Assembly (NCBI GenBank): GCA_002269645.1
Contig: NIVC01000353.1
Location: 248,001-312,000 of the forward strand
DNA: 64,000 nt
Direction: 5' to 3'
Source: Macrostomum lignano
Taxonomy: Eukaryota
Shown here: one piece after another, positions 1-10,578 of the stretch
Layout: each line of letters starts with the position of its first letter
How positions within the stretch are numbered: the stretch's first letter is position 1
The notes under the pieces: model-generated
Seen by the model: the letters and a program-made list of their open reading frames with translations, nothing else
The model's database searches: none
What the model was told of the DNA's origin: nothing
Made by a program: the position numbers and the translations under genes

Positions 1-71
1 CACCAGTTGCGCTACCACCGCGCAGAATCCCGCCTCATCTGAAGGACAAACTCGACGCCCTGCTAGACGAG

Positions 72-3000
72 ATGCTGACGAAGCACATCATTCGCCCTGC
101 CTACTCGAGCTACAATTCGCCAATGCTCATCGTGCCCAAGAAGGACGGCAACATCCGGCTAGTCCACGACTTCAGAGCTCTCAACGACAGGTGTGTGTAT
201 CACCCGTATCCGCTGCCGCACATCCAGGAAACCTTCGCGAAGCTTTGTGGTGCTCAGTGGTATTCCAGCTTGGACCTTGCTCAAGGATTCTGGCAGATCC
301 CGCTGCGCGACTGCGACCAGCACTTGACGGCATTCTCAGTGATCGACCGCGGCCAATTCTGTTTTAACGTTCTACCGATGGGTCTCCACGACAGTCCCGG
401 CAGCTTTCAGCGTTGCATCCATAAGCTCCTGGACGGCCTGACGCCAAAGACTGTGCTTGGCTATATGGACGACATCGTGGTGCACTCAGTGACTTTCGAG
501 GAACAGCTGGATAACTTGCGAACTGTACTCCAGCGCATCATCGCAGCCAACCTCAAAGTGAAACCGAAGAAGTGTCATTTGTTCCTCAAGGAGCTGCATT
601 ATTTAGGTCACGTCGTGACTCCCGACGGGCTGAAGACCTGTGAGGACAAGATTGCGCAGATCCGTGATTGGCCCGTGCCACAGTCCGTTACTCAACTGAG
701 ACAATTCCTAGGCCTCGCCAATTACTACCACAAGTTTGTCGACGGCTACGCTGGAGTGGCTGCGCCGCTGCATGCCCTGACGCGAAAGGACATTGGCAGC
801 CTGCGGCAGCATTGGACTCCCGAGCATCAGGTAGCGTTTGACACTTTGAAGAAGAAATTGTGTTCTACTGAAGTTCTCGCTCTGCCTGAATTTAATACTG
901 ATCCTGCTGTGAAGTTTGTCCTCGACACGGATGCCTCTGATATTCGAATAGGCGCTTGCTTTGGACAACTGCAATCCGACGGCGTCGAACGTCCAATTGC
1001 ATTCTTTAGCCGTAAACTTCGCGATCCTGAGAAGCGCTACACGGTCACGAAGAGCTGCTTGCAATTGTGGACGCTATGCGACATTTCCGTCATTATTTAA
1101 TTGGCAAGAAGTTTGAAGTTCGATTCGATCATCGGGCCTTACTGTGGTTACTGAACCAGACTCAGGCCACAGGTATTTTAGGCCGCTGGATCGAACGCCT
1201 AAGCGAGTTCCGCTTCCAGCTCAACCACCGCAAAGGCAAGGACCACGCCAACGCTGATGCCCTGTCAAGAAGACCGGAGGCGCCGCCGATCTCCTTCGAG
1301 CATGGCCGACTGCTAGAGCAACCTGGTTCTACAGCCCGACCACGACCTGGAACCGGATTTGGACCCGACACCCGAGGCCACTGCCAGAGCAGCCCTCCAG
1401 AAGACAGTCCAAGCTCGCTGCTTGGAGGCCGAGACTGACCTGGACGAAGACCTGGAAGCCACCGCGCCAGCAGCCTTCCAACACGATGCCCACCGCTGCA
1501 GTCAACGCCTGGAGACCGGCCTGGACGACAACTCAGAGGCCACTGCGACAACAGCCCTCTGCCGCGATGCCCATGCCGCCTACCGCAACTTGGAGACCAA
1601 CCTGGACGAAGACCTTGAGGCCACTGTGGACACAGACCTCCTTGACGACGCCCAAGACTTCAGGTCTCGATTCTGGAAACGCCCACGGACCAAGATTCAA
1701 AGGCCACCGCACCAGCAGCCCTTCTGATGACGGCCCGCAACGCAACTCCAGGCAAGCAATTTAACTACAACCCTTCTGAGCCTTTCGCTGGGATTTCTCG
1801 CCGTGTTGACAGAGGCCAGAATCTTGCGCCAGCTGCAAGGTCGAAGCTCTGTCCCCCGGGCCGACAGACAGCTGCTCATCGCCTGTGCGGAAAGTCGAGT
1901 CCCCCTTTGGAGAAGACTCACCCAATTTTGACGACGACTGAGCCGACGGCTACGGCTGCCTGCGACGAGGCGTGTTTCACGTGTTGCGTCCCGCCCTACA
2001 GCCAAGAGTCGCCTGTGCTAGGCAGTGGAGGCATGCGCGCTGCTCCATCTGCGGAATTTTCTGTCACGAGAGCGACGATGAGAACTTCGAAACGAGATCA
2101 ACGGACGTACGCCGACGTTGTGAGACAAAGTCCCTCGGAGCGACCTAATCCTGACGCCGACAAGACGGTGCCGTGTGATCGACCTGGAGCCATTAAAGCG
2201 GAGACTGCGGGAGTCATGACCCCTCAGCCATGCCGCGCCGTGCTCACTGATTTTCTGAAGCTGCCGATGACTCGCCAACAGTTCATTGACGCCCAGCGCG
2301 CTGACCGAGCCATCAGCTACGTGCTCAACCTGGTCAAGGACGAAGCCCCGAAGCCTGAGTTCGACGCCCGGTTGCGACTGACGAAGGAGCAGCGGAACCT
2401 GCTCGGATACTATGAGAACCTGCAGGAGGACAACGGCCTGCTGCTGATTGACCTGACTGATGGACAGCAGCCGCCAAAGGTAGTTCTGCCTGAGGCCCTT
2501 GACGCCCAGGTGCTCCAGGAGCTCCACAGTTCCCCACTGTGTGGACACCTCGGCGAGACGAAGACGTTACTGCGGCTACGAGAACGGTTCTGGAGACCCG
2601 GATTAGCCCGTGCTACCAAGACCTTCATCAGTAAGTGCCGCACCTGCCTTGAAAGTAAATCGCGACGGCGAGAGAGAGTTCCGGTCCAGAGCTTCCCAGT
2701 TTGCGAAGTTCTGGGTAGAATCCACTGTGATGTAGTAGGACCAATCGCGCAAAAAAGCAAGAGCGGCAACCGCTACATCCTGACCTTGTGCGATGCGACG
2801 TCGAAGTATCCATTCGCCTACCCGATGAGAAACCAGAAAGCCAAAACAGTCATCAAGCTTCTGCAGGATCGCTTCATCCCCGAGTTCGGTGTACCATGCT
2901 GGATCCACACCGACCAAGGCACCAACTTCACCGGCTCGGCCTTCAAGAAGTTCTGCGACCTGTTTGGCATTTGGCATACGACAACAACACCGTACAATCC

Positions 3001-4012
3001 AGCTTCCAACGGACAAGTCGAGAACCTCAACAAACAGCTGAAGAGTGTCCTCACCTGTCTGCTCGAGCGCAACCACAACGACTGGGACACCTTCCTCCCG
3101 GCCTGTCTGATGGCTCCCCGCTCCAGCGTGCACCCGGTGACCGGCTTCACGCCTCACTACCTGGTGTTCGGCCGTGATTTCCGACTCCCGATCGACAACG
3201 CGCTGAAGAAGCTGCCCGAGTATGCCGACCTGCCCGACTACGTCAAGGACTTCCAACGTCGCCTGGACGAGGCGACTGAGCTAGCCAAGGAGCGCCTGCA
3301 TCTGCATCAGCAACTGCGAGACGAGCACTACTCGAACCTGCTCGCCGCCAAGAAGCTTCAACCCGGCGATCCGGTCTTCCTCAACAACCCGGTACTCGAA
3401 CCGGATGAGGCGGCGAAGTTTCATCGACGTCGCAAAGCCTTATACGAAGTCGTCGAGCCCAAGGGCGAGGTCGTCTACAAGATTCGACGGAGACTGCCCA
3501 ACCCGAGAGCCAGACGAGACGAACTAATCGTCCATCGCCGGAACCTCCTACTCGTGCCTGACGCCGATTACACGAGGACTTCCGATCCTGAAGTCGACAA
3601 ACCGAAGAAGCGTCGGCGACCGCCCGACGTCCCCGACGACGCAGGACCCGCGACCCTGACGCCGATTCCCGAGGACGACCAGGACGACCCCGACGATGAT
3701 GATGATGACGGCTACGACGCAAGGCCGGCCTTCCGATGGCACTTCCGGCCTTTGGCGATCCCGGAGGTGCAGCCAGGAGGTGGACCGGTCACGACACCAG
3801 CGAACCAGGCAAGTGCACTTCGACGTGAGCCAGTGCCGTATGGTGAATGTCATTTGCATGAGCCTGTTCTTGATACATCTACGCCTGTTGTTTCTTTTCC
3901 GCCCGTTTCTGCTCCCGGCCCCCAGTGCTGCTTTTTCTGTGGTCCAGACCCCTGGGCCATCGCTATGCACCAGGTAGACCGGCTAGGAACCGTAGGCAGC
4001 CTGAGAGGCTGA
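72..4012 (+). pseudogene. Gypsy pol with three frameshifts (about 1055, 1290-1340 and 1720): reverse transcriptase, RNase H, integrase
   Basis: RT motifs SLDLAQGFWQI, LPMGL and GYMDDIVV; RNase H motifs LDTDASD, FDHRAL and NADALSR; integrase zinc finger HSSPLCGH...CRTC and D-D-E (IHCDVVG, IHTDQG, QVENLN). The pieces lie in alternating frames (ORFs 72-1100, 1067-1438, 1359-1727, 1727-4012). Could be decay or long-read indel errors. Confidence 0.88.
1341..1680 (+). repeat. Four degenerate 81-bp (27-aa) coding repeats in the RNaseH-integrase spacer
   Basis: Units begin at 1359, 1440, 1521 and 1602: LDPTPEATA / LDEDLEATA / LDDNSEATA / LDEDLEATV, each preceded by an LE(T/A)xx motif. Confidence 0.8.
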
Positions 4013-4154
4013 TTATTAATCCTAGGGCTAAAACTTACGTTAGCCGCACCGCCCGCATCCGCGCACAAACTAAAACGAATTTCAGCGCAGAAATGCAACC
4101 GCGCCGTATTGCTAAGCGCACTGAGCGCTCGCCGCCTACTGAGGCTCGCCTCAA

Positions 4155-5160
4155 TTGACCCTGTTACTATGTCGAACCGGGGCCTCCGATCAGCGCAGCG
4201 GCCGGCCAGCTCGAATCTGGCGAGCACCGAGAGGCTCATCGCATTCCTCCCCAGCTCCGGCTCGGCTTCCGTCAGGACTGCGGAGCTACGCCGCTGCCGG
4301 AGGAGAACCACCGCCCGTCAAGGAGGTGCAGACGTCGACGCCGACCGGGGCACAACCGGACCGCCGGTGCCGAGGGGACGCCCTCGGAGAACCCGGCCGT
4401 CGTCCGTTGTCTAGCGCCAACCTCATCAGGAGGACAGGCGGCTGCGTCAACAGCCAGCATGGAAGCTGTCGCCCAAGGAATCGCGTCAATCCGACGCCAG
4501 GTCGAGGCCGACCAAGCACGCGAGGCCGCAGAAACCAGCCAGGAGCGACCCAAGCCCACCACAACCGACACCAAGCCCGAAGCCAAGGGGCAGCGCCGAC
4601 CATCTGGAGCCAGCCTCACCGCCACGCGACGACCAGACGTGGCTGCCCACGGTCGCTGAGACCGAGCCCCCGGCCGAAACCGAGAACCACCGAGGCCACC
4701 TGCCAGACGGAAGACCACCCCGCCAAGGCGGCTGTCCTCAACGACCTGGCTGCGGAACTGAGGCAGGCCCTGGCCCCCAGCAACACGACCCCGCCGCCGC
4801 CTAACTCGCCCGAGCCTGATGACGCGGAAGAAGACCCAGCGCCTGCAGGCCTCTCGCCAGCCGTGCAAGCCGCCGGCAACCGCTACATTGAGGCGGTCTA
4901 CTTTTATTGCACAGCAACTGACGGCCGCGGCTCAGTTAAATCTCCTTGCGGACTGGCCGCGATGGGCATGCCTCCGCGCTCTTACTGACGATGATCGGCA
5001 GAGGCTGCTGAATGAGGCAGCCCAACTCGCTGAGCCCACGCTCAGACGACCACCGCACCCCGAGACAGCGCACGTTGTAGCTCAGCTAATCGCTGGGCAA
5101 ATTGCTGGGCGCACACCGGCAGTGCCCGAGATCATAATGAACTGCGGCAGGGCGGACTGA
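4155..5160 (+). pseudogene. Frameshifted accessory ORF (ORF3) downstream of integrase, function unknown
   Basis: About 1 kb of GC-rich, coding-like sequence in overlapping ORFs 4155-4988, 4459-4659 and 4819-5160 (MEAVAQGIASIRRQVEAD..., AVLNDLAAELRQAL..., GNRYIEAVYFYCTATDG..., LTDDDRQRLLNEAAQL...), between the pol stop and the PPT. Confidence 0.45.
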
Positions 5161-5788
5161 TTGATTTTAGGAAGCAGCCTAGTGCGAAACTTTTCGGCGC
5201 CACTGACTTAGCACCCATAGCAGCTGTGCGCTGGATGTCCAAATTTTGCGCAATCGCGCCATTTAATTTCTCCTTTTGTGAGCAGCATTTGCCATTTGTG
5301 CTCAAGCTGATGATAACCCTTTGAAGGCCTCTGGCCAGTCCCTTGCTTTTCTTCCCCAGGGCTCTGCAAGAACTCCTTTGTATTTAGGCGCTTCTTGCTT
5401 TCTTGGGGCTGGCGCCCCCCGCCTGCATTTGGTGTGTTCCACTAATACCGTATGGGGCAGTTTTATGGCTCTCGCCCAGCCGCGCGTTTAAGTCCGATTG
5501 CGGCCTCTATTTTTACGTCCCCATACCTGCTCAGGTATCCCCTTTCTCCCCCACGGGCTCTGCTATTATTTAAAGCACCCCGGTATTTAGGTGCTGAGTT
5601 CATGCGGGCAGGCGCCCCCGCCGTGCGTTTTGGGTCCCAATCATGGGCCTGACCCACCCTCTTCTGCTGCCATGCCAAATTACCATCTCCTTGCCAACCA
5701 AAATTTTATTTTATTACATTTTGCAGTTTACCTTTTAAATAAAGGCGCACTCCGCTTTCACTCCGCCTTTTTATTTGAATGGGGAGAG

Positions 5789-6771
5789 TGTAGTGAGCCG
5801 CTAGTTTATGGTTAGGCGTCGCCCTTGTCAGCTGTTCCCTCACCTTTGCCCTGGGTTGCTGTCTGCCGCTGGTCAGCTTCCCGCCCCTCCCTTTCATTTG
5901 TCTGCTGCTGCCCTTGGCCTGTTCTGGCCTTCTGCATCTCTGTTCTCAGCCCTAGCCTCTCGGCTGTGGGCTGTCTCTGTTTTGCTCCCGTCCTGTTTTC
6001 CCTGTCTTGTGAGCAAGTCACATGACAGTTCTCTGAGTTCTTCAAGTCCTAAAGTGCAGTAAACATGTTTACTGCACTCGTTGGCCCTGTTTACCGGGTG
6101 AGTCATGTGCTTTCGGACCCCTCCCTTCTCTAAGGAGAGGAGTGACTCATGTTGCTAACAATAGCAACTGAGTCACAGCCGCGTGTACTCTGGCCGGGGA
6201 CCTCAAGTGACGTCAGTTCTAAAAATAGAACAAGTCATGAGGTCTTCCGCACGCTTGTACCCTGCCCAAGACTCTCGAGTGACGTCAGTTCTAAAAATAG
6301 AACAAGTCACGAGGTCTCCTGCGTGGGTGTTTCCTGGCTATAAATAGGAGCTCTCTCCCCCTTGTTTCCGTCAAGGAGTCTTCTTTCTGTTCAACCTCGA
6401 GTTCTACGTCTGCGTGTGACCAAATCCCTGAGTGTCCGAGCCTTTGCGTGCATTGACTATTCCTATTGCTCCGACTAAAACCCGACCAAGTCAACCCAAG
6501 TCTACGAGAGGCTAACTCAGCCCTCCCTCTACCATCCTAGCCCGGCAGGTACTGCTGATGAGACGCCCTATCCATTGTGCTCTAAATCTGCACGCTGTGC
6601 TGTGTTCATTGACTTCATGATTTCATTCCAATGGGAAGCTCCCCTCATCGAAGGCTGAGACCTGAAGGAACTGGTGGCAGCACTACCTACGCTACTAAAG
6701 TTAAGAAGGCTTCTAAGTGAGAGGACGAAGCCCAAGTCACTGCGCTGTACAGCAGGACAACCACAGGTACA
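5789..6771 (+). repeat. 3' LTR (about 1 kb) of the Gypsy element
   Basis: Starts with TG right after the PPT, contains a TATA-like TATAAATA at 6339-6346, and ends at CA (6771, inferred). The partner LTR is not in the window. Confidence 0.62.
6208..6347 (+). promoter_or_regulatory. LTR enhancer/promoter: duplicated CRE + MEF2 module and MEF2-like TATA box
   Basis: TGACGTCA at 6208 and 6280; CTAAAAATAG at 6219 and 6291 (72-bp spacing); CTATAAATAG at 6338-6347. Confidence 0.55.
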
Positions 6772-7704
6772 ACAACAATTTTAGAATTTTCCTATGTTAT
6801 ATTATGGCTAGAGTAAGGCAGGTGGTATTGTAGCGTAATGCAGTATTGGATAAATGGCAAGAGTACCTATGACTGACTTATTAAGGCTAAATGCCTTATC
6901 ATCTAATAGTACTAGGTTGTATTTGGTGCAAAAGTTAATTAGTTCTATGTCGCATTGTATTTTTAAGCTATAATTTTAGACCTTGTATCATGCATCTGCA
7001 GGTTTTTCATACTTATTCTAATGCAATAGGGCTAGTGACCAATGAGTACAAATAAATATAAATATTATATACTTACTACTTATATACTTACTTACTTTTG
7101 AATAAATAAATTCAAGTTTATTTTTCTGGTACCAGATAAACGAGAATGACTTTATTTACCTGGTGCTAGATAAATAAAAGCAATATTATTTGTTAAATAC
7201 TGAATGAATAGTCATTGCTCAAAATTTCTATTAGATTTTCTATAACATTTATACTAAGCTATTTAACTTTAAGTAAGATAGTAAGATAGGGTAAGAGTAA
7301 ATATATATAAAGGCTAGGCTTTATATAGCTTTATAGGTTTTCAAGATTTTAATTTAATTATTTTGCTAGAGAAGCATAATTATAATAACTGTAAACTTGT
7401 CATAATAGAATTATAGGGGCCTATAACAAATGTCTGACATTGTAAATATAAAGTTTACAAAATAATTTATAGATTTGCATTGGTGCATTGCATTAAAACT
7501 ACTAAGCTAGGCATCCTTATAGTATATAAAAATTAATGCAAAATAAATATATTTTATAGCTGTGACAATGGGTATAAAATCTTAGAATTAAGACCTAAAT
7601 ATTACAAGCAACCTTGCCCTTGGTTATAATAGGCCCCTAGGCATATACATAGCACATTTGAATTAGAATACAATACATTAAGCCTATGCTATAGATTGGT
7701 TCTA

Positions 7705-9512
7705 CCCAGTGTCCCAATAGAATTGAGACAAAATTTAAATGAACAATGCTGCCTCAAAAATGCAAGCTAGCAACATAAAACTTGTATATAAGGGAGAATG
7801 GTCTTTTGTGAGCATAATACATTTTGTTTTCAGAATGTTGACTGAACAAGATCGCCATGTTGCAATCATTGTGTGCTTTTGTAATGGGTGCATGCCACCA
7901 ACATTGCCAAGTTCATAGAGATTTTGAGAGCAACTGTGTATTGTGTTGCCACTGCATTCAAAGCTGCTAAGGATGAAGAAGGTTTGGTATCATCTTATTA
8001 AAAAGTCCAAGGTTGGTCACAATGCCAAAAGCAGAGCAAGGACTTCATCAACAAGCTGCAGGAACTTGTTTATGTGGATCCAAGCCAATCAATATGCAAT
8101 TTGGCAGCTGAGCTACAAGTTGGCAGAACAACCATTGCCAATGCAGTTCATGAGGACCTGCACTATCATTCATTTGTCCTCAAGGTGTTGTATGCCAGAT
8201 GCTCAGTCAAGGTTAGAAAGAGTGAAGATTGGCAAAATGCCATCTATTATTATTTCTCAAGCATAAAGCAGCTGGTCAACTCTGCATTTTTCTCATCTGA
8301 AAAAATTGTTACAGTCAATCAGGAAGCCAATTGATGCAATACTAGTAGTTGGCAAAGGATCCCAATGATATGCCCACTATTATAGACTATAGACAAAACA
8401 CGCCTCTAGCATCCATATCAACTATATGCTGCTTGTTGTCTCTGACGAGGGTGACATTATGCCATCACATTTCTTTGAGAAGGGCAAGAAAGACAATCAA
8501 CATTGCTATCTAACTGGATGTTCTCAAGCAATAGTATATCTGTAGATTGTCAATGTGGCTACTAGATGCCATTATTGCTTTCAACAGGATGGCGCTCCTA
8601 CATACAATAGCAATATTGTACAAAACTAGTGTAGTAACACATTAGATATGTTTTGGTTGAAGGAGTTTTGGCTGCCTTCCTTGCCCAACCTTAATCCACT
8701 TGACTACTACATTTGGGGCATTGTTGAGAAAGAGAACAATAAGCATAGGCGGCATAACTATGGTTTTGTTCGTTATATTACTTTATTTAAAAAAGCGATA
8801 AGTTATTAGAGATTACGACAAACTGTACTCGGAGAAGTTCAGAAAAGATGACCCACTACCAAAAAAGTTCAAATTAAAGTTCAAAGTCACGAGAAAGATA
8901 ATTAGAGGGGATAATAATATGACACCCAGTAGAGAAATTTGCCAAACACATTCCATGGATATAGACGGCGCCACAGAAATTCCTGCAAATGAGTTTCGAA
9001 TAGACCATCACTTGTCCCATACATGTTGCGAAACTTCGCCTTGCAATGTGCCTACGTTCCCTTGATAGTGTTCGTATGAACCTTTGGGTCCTAGGGGTCC
9101 ACAAAATGGAGCCGGTGGTTTACAGACGCGTGGAATGATTGTTGTAGGAGCCAGTGGTCGTCTAGCCATTTTTTTGTTGGAACGCTAGAACAAATTTTAA
9201 ACAATAAATAATATAACGAACGAAACCATAGTTATGCCATATAGGCACTACATTGCGGCCTTGCTAGCCAAGCAATTGTAGATGCATGTGCCAATATCAA
9301 TTGGCAGCATGTAATTCATGCCTGCAAGGATTTCCATGCCCGAATTGAGGCTGTCATCAATCCTCACAGTGGCTACATTGAGTGAAGCTAAATTTAACAT
9401 GTGTCTTATTATTTATATAAAATATAGGCCTAACCTGGATTCGTCATGCCTGCTAAAAACTATAAGCTTAAAAATGCACCCTACTTTGTCTCAATTCTAT
9501 TGGGACACCCGA
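7705..9512 (+). mobile_element. Decayed Tc1/mariner-superfamily transposon of the DD37D (maT) family
   Basis: TIRs ..GTGTCCCAATAGAATTGAGACAAA (7705-7732 and 9485-9512) flanked by TA on both sides. Transposase remnants: LAAELQVGRTTIANAVHEDL, FFSSEK, FQQDGAP (D at 8588) and PNLNPLDYYIWG, with 37 residues between the last two D. Many stops and frameshifts. Confidence 0.85.
8751..9238 (-). mobile_element. Merlin (IS1595-family) deletion derivative nested in the maT transposase
   Basis: About 30-bp TIRs GGCATAACTATGGTTT(T/C)GTTCGTTATATTA and a degenerate 8-bp TSD (GCATAGGC / ATATAGGC). The minus strand (about 9166-8902) reads HASVNHRLHFVDP*DPKVHTNTIKGT*AHCKAKFRNMYGTSDGLFETHLQEFLWRR, typical of a Merlin/ISXO2 transposase C-terminus. 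Confidence 0.85.
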
Positions 9513-9580
9513 TACAATGTTCTTTGGCACATTGATTTGATTGTGGGATTGAATAGGGCCTATTGTACATTTGTACTAAG

Positions 9581-9871
9581 GGCAATGGCTAGAGTTCTGG
9601 CACCGGAACCCATTTTCTAATGGCTACGGATCCAGCAGTGCCATTATAATATAGATGGAACATTATTTTTTTTTTCTACAGGTGGCTGATATTGAGATTT
9701 TGTTCTAGATTAAAATTTAAGACAATATGATAAGATTTGGGACGAGATGCTTCTAATATTCATACTTCTTAAGATATGTTCTTAGCAGTCTTTATATGCT
9801 TCTATATACGGCACTGCCGGATCCCTAGCTGTTAGAAAACGGGTTCTGGTGCCGGAACTCTAGCCATTACC
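9581..9871. mobile_element. Mutator-like (MULE) MITE, 291 bp
   Basis: About 65-bp TIRs starting GG(C/T)AATGGCTAGAGTTC and a perfect 9-bp TSD TGTACTAAG (9572-9580 and 9872-9880). The superfamily is inferred from TSD length and the GG ends; Merlin is an alternative. Confidence 0.8.
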
Positions 9872-10578
9872 TGTACTAAGCCTAAGCCCTAGTATGTAAA
9901 AGAAATTTGTCACTCCATTACATCGCAATTACACTTACACCTATATTAAAAAATACTTTTAAATACTAAAAACATAAGCAGATAAGCTAAGGCTCAGATG
10001 GCACCTGGACTAAATTAGAGGCTGTAGGCCTAGAGATAACAAATGGCAACGATCATACTTAGGGCCTAATTAACAACTAAAATCTAATTTTCAAACTGAA
10101 ACCACATATGACGTTGTTGTTATTATCATGAATTTGCTTCCGTTTCACACAGAAATGTAATTTTATTATTCGCCAGCTGTCAGCACACTGCACAGCGCGA
10201 GCACAGTCTAAGAAACCACGGAATAGTTAGCGGAAAAGAATGCAAAACATCAAACATGCAAAATAGCCAGCCGCGTATAGAAAAAAATTTAAAAGAAGCC
10301 CTACTGTTTCGTAGAAGGTTTTAAAGTATAACAAAGGTTTTTTAAGAACATATAAGTTTTAATTTAAGTAGCATTTGTAATTCAAATATGTCAAGTTATT
10401 AGTTAATAAAAATAAAACAGCTAGCTAAAAAAGTTTTTAAGAGACTTTATTTCTGTTTGAGCTCAAATTCAGTTTAGAAGAAAGGTTCCGATTTACTTGT
10501 AAATACATCGTTACTATTCACTGGAAAAGTTACTAATTCTCTTCTTTGAATTTGACTAGTGGAGAAATAAAACTTTCA

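Larger units (their letters stand above)
1..6771 (+). mobile_element. Ty3/Gypsy LTR retrotransposon, 3' part (RT-RNaseH-spacer-integrase-extra ORF-PPT-3' LTR); 5' part lies outside the window
   Basis: Domain order RT, RH, INT. Purine tract GAATGGGGAGAG (5777-5788) is followed directly by TGTAGTG at 5789. GC-rich sequence stops abruptly at ...GGTACA (6771), where AT-rich DNA begins. The right end is inferred. Confidence 0.88.

Noticed and set aside
2018-3970. Antisense ORFs over both Gypsy pol regions (also 58.5-61.4 kb)
   Set aside because: Shadow ORFs typical of GC-rich coding DNA, with no recognisable motifs.
4155-5160. Retroviral env gene
   Set aside because: No signal peptide, fusion peptide or transmembrane anchor is visible in any frame.
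6671-6681. PBS-like TGGTGGCAGC inside the first LTR
   Set aside because: Not preceded by an LTR-terminal CA and not followed by gag; likely chance.
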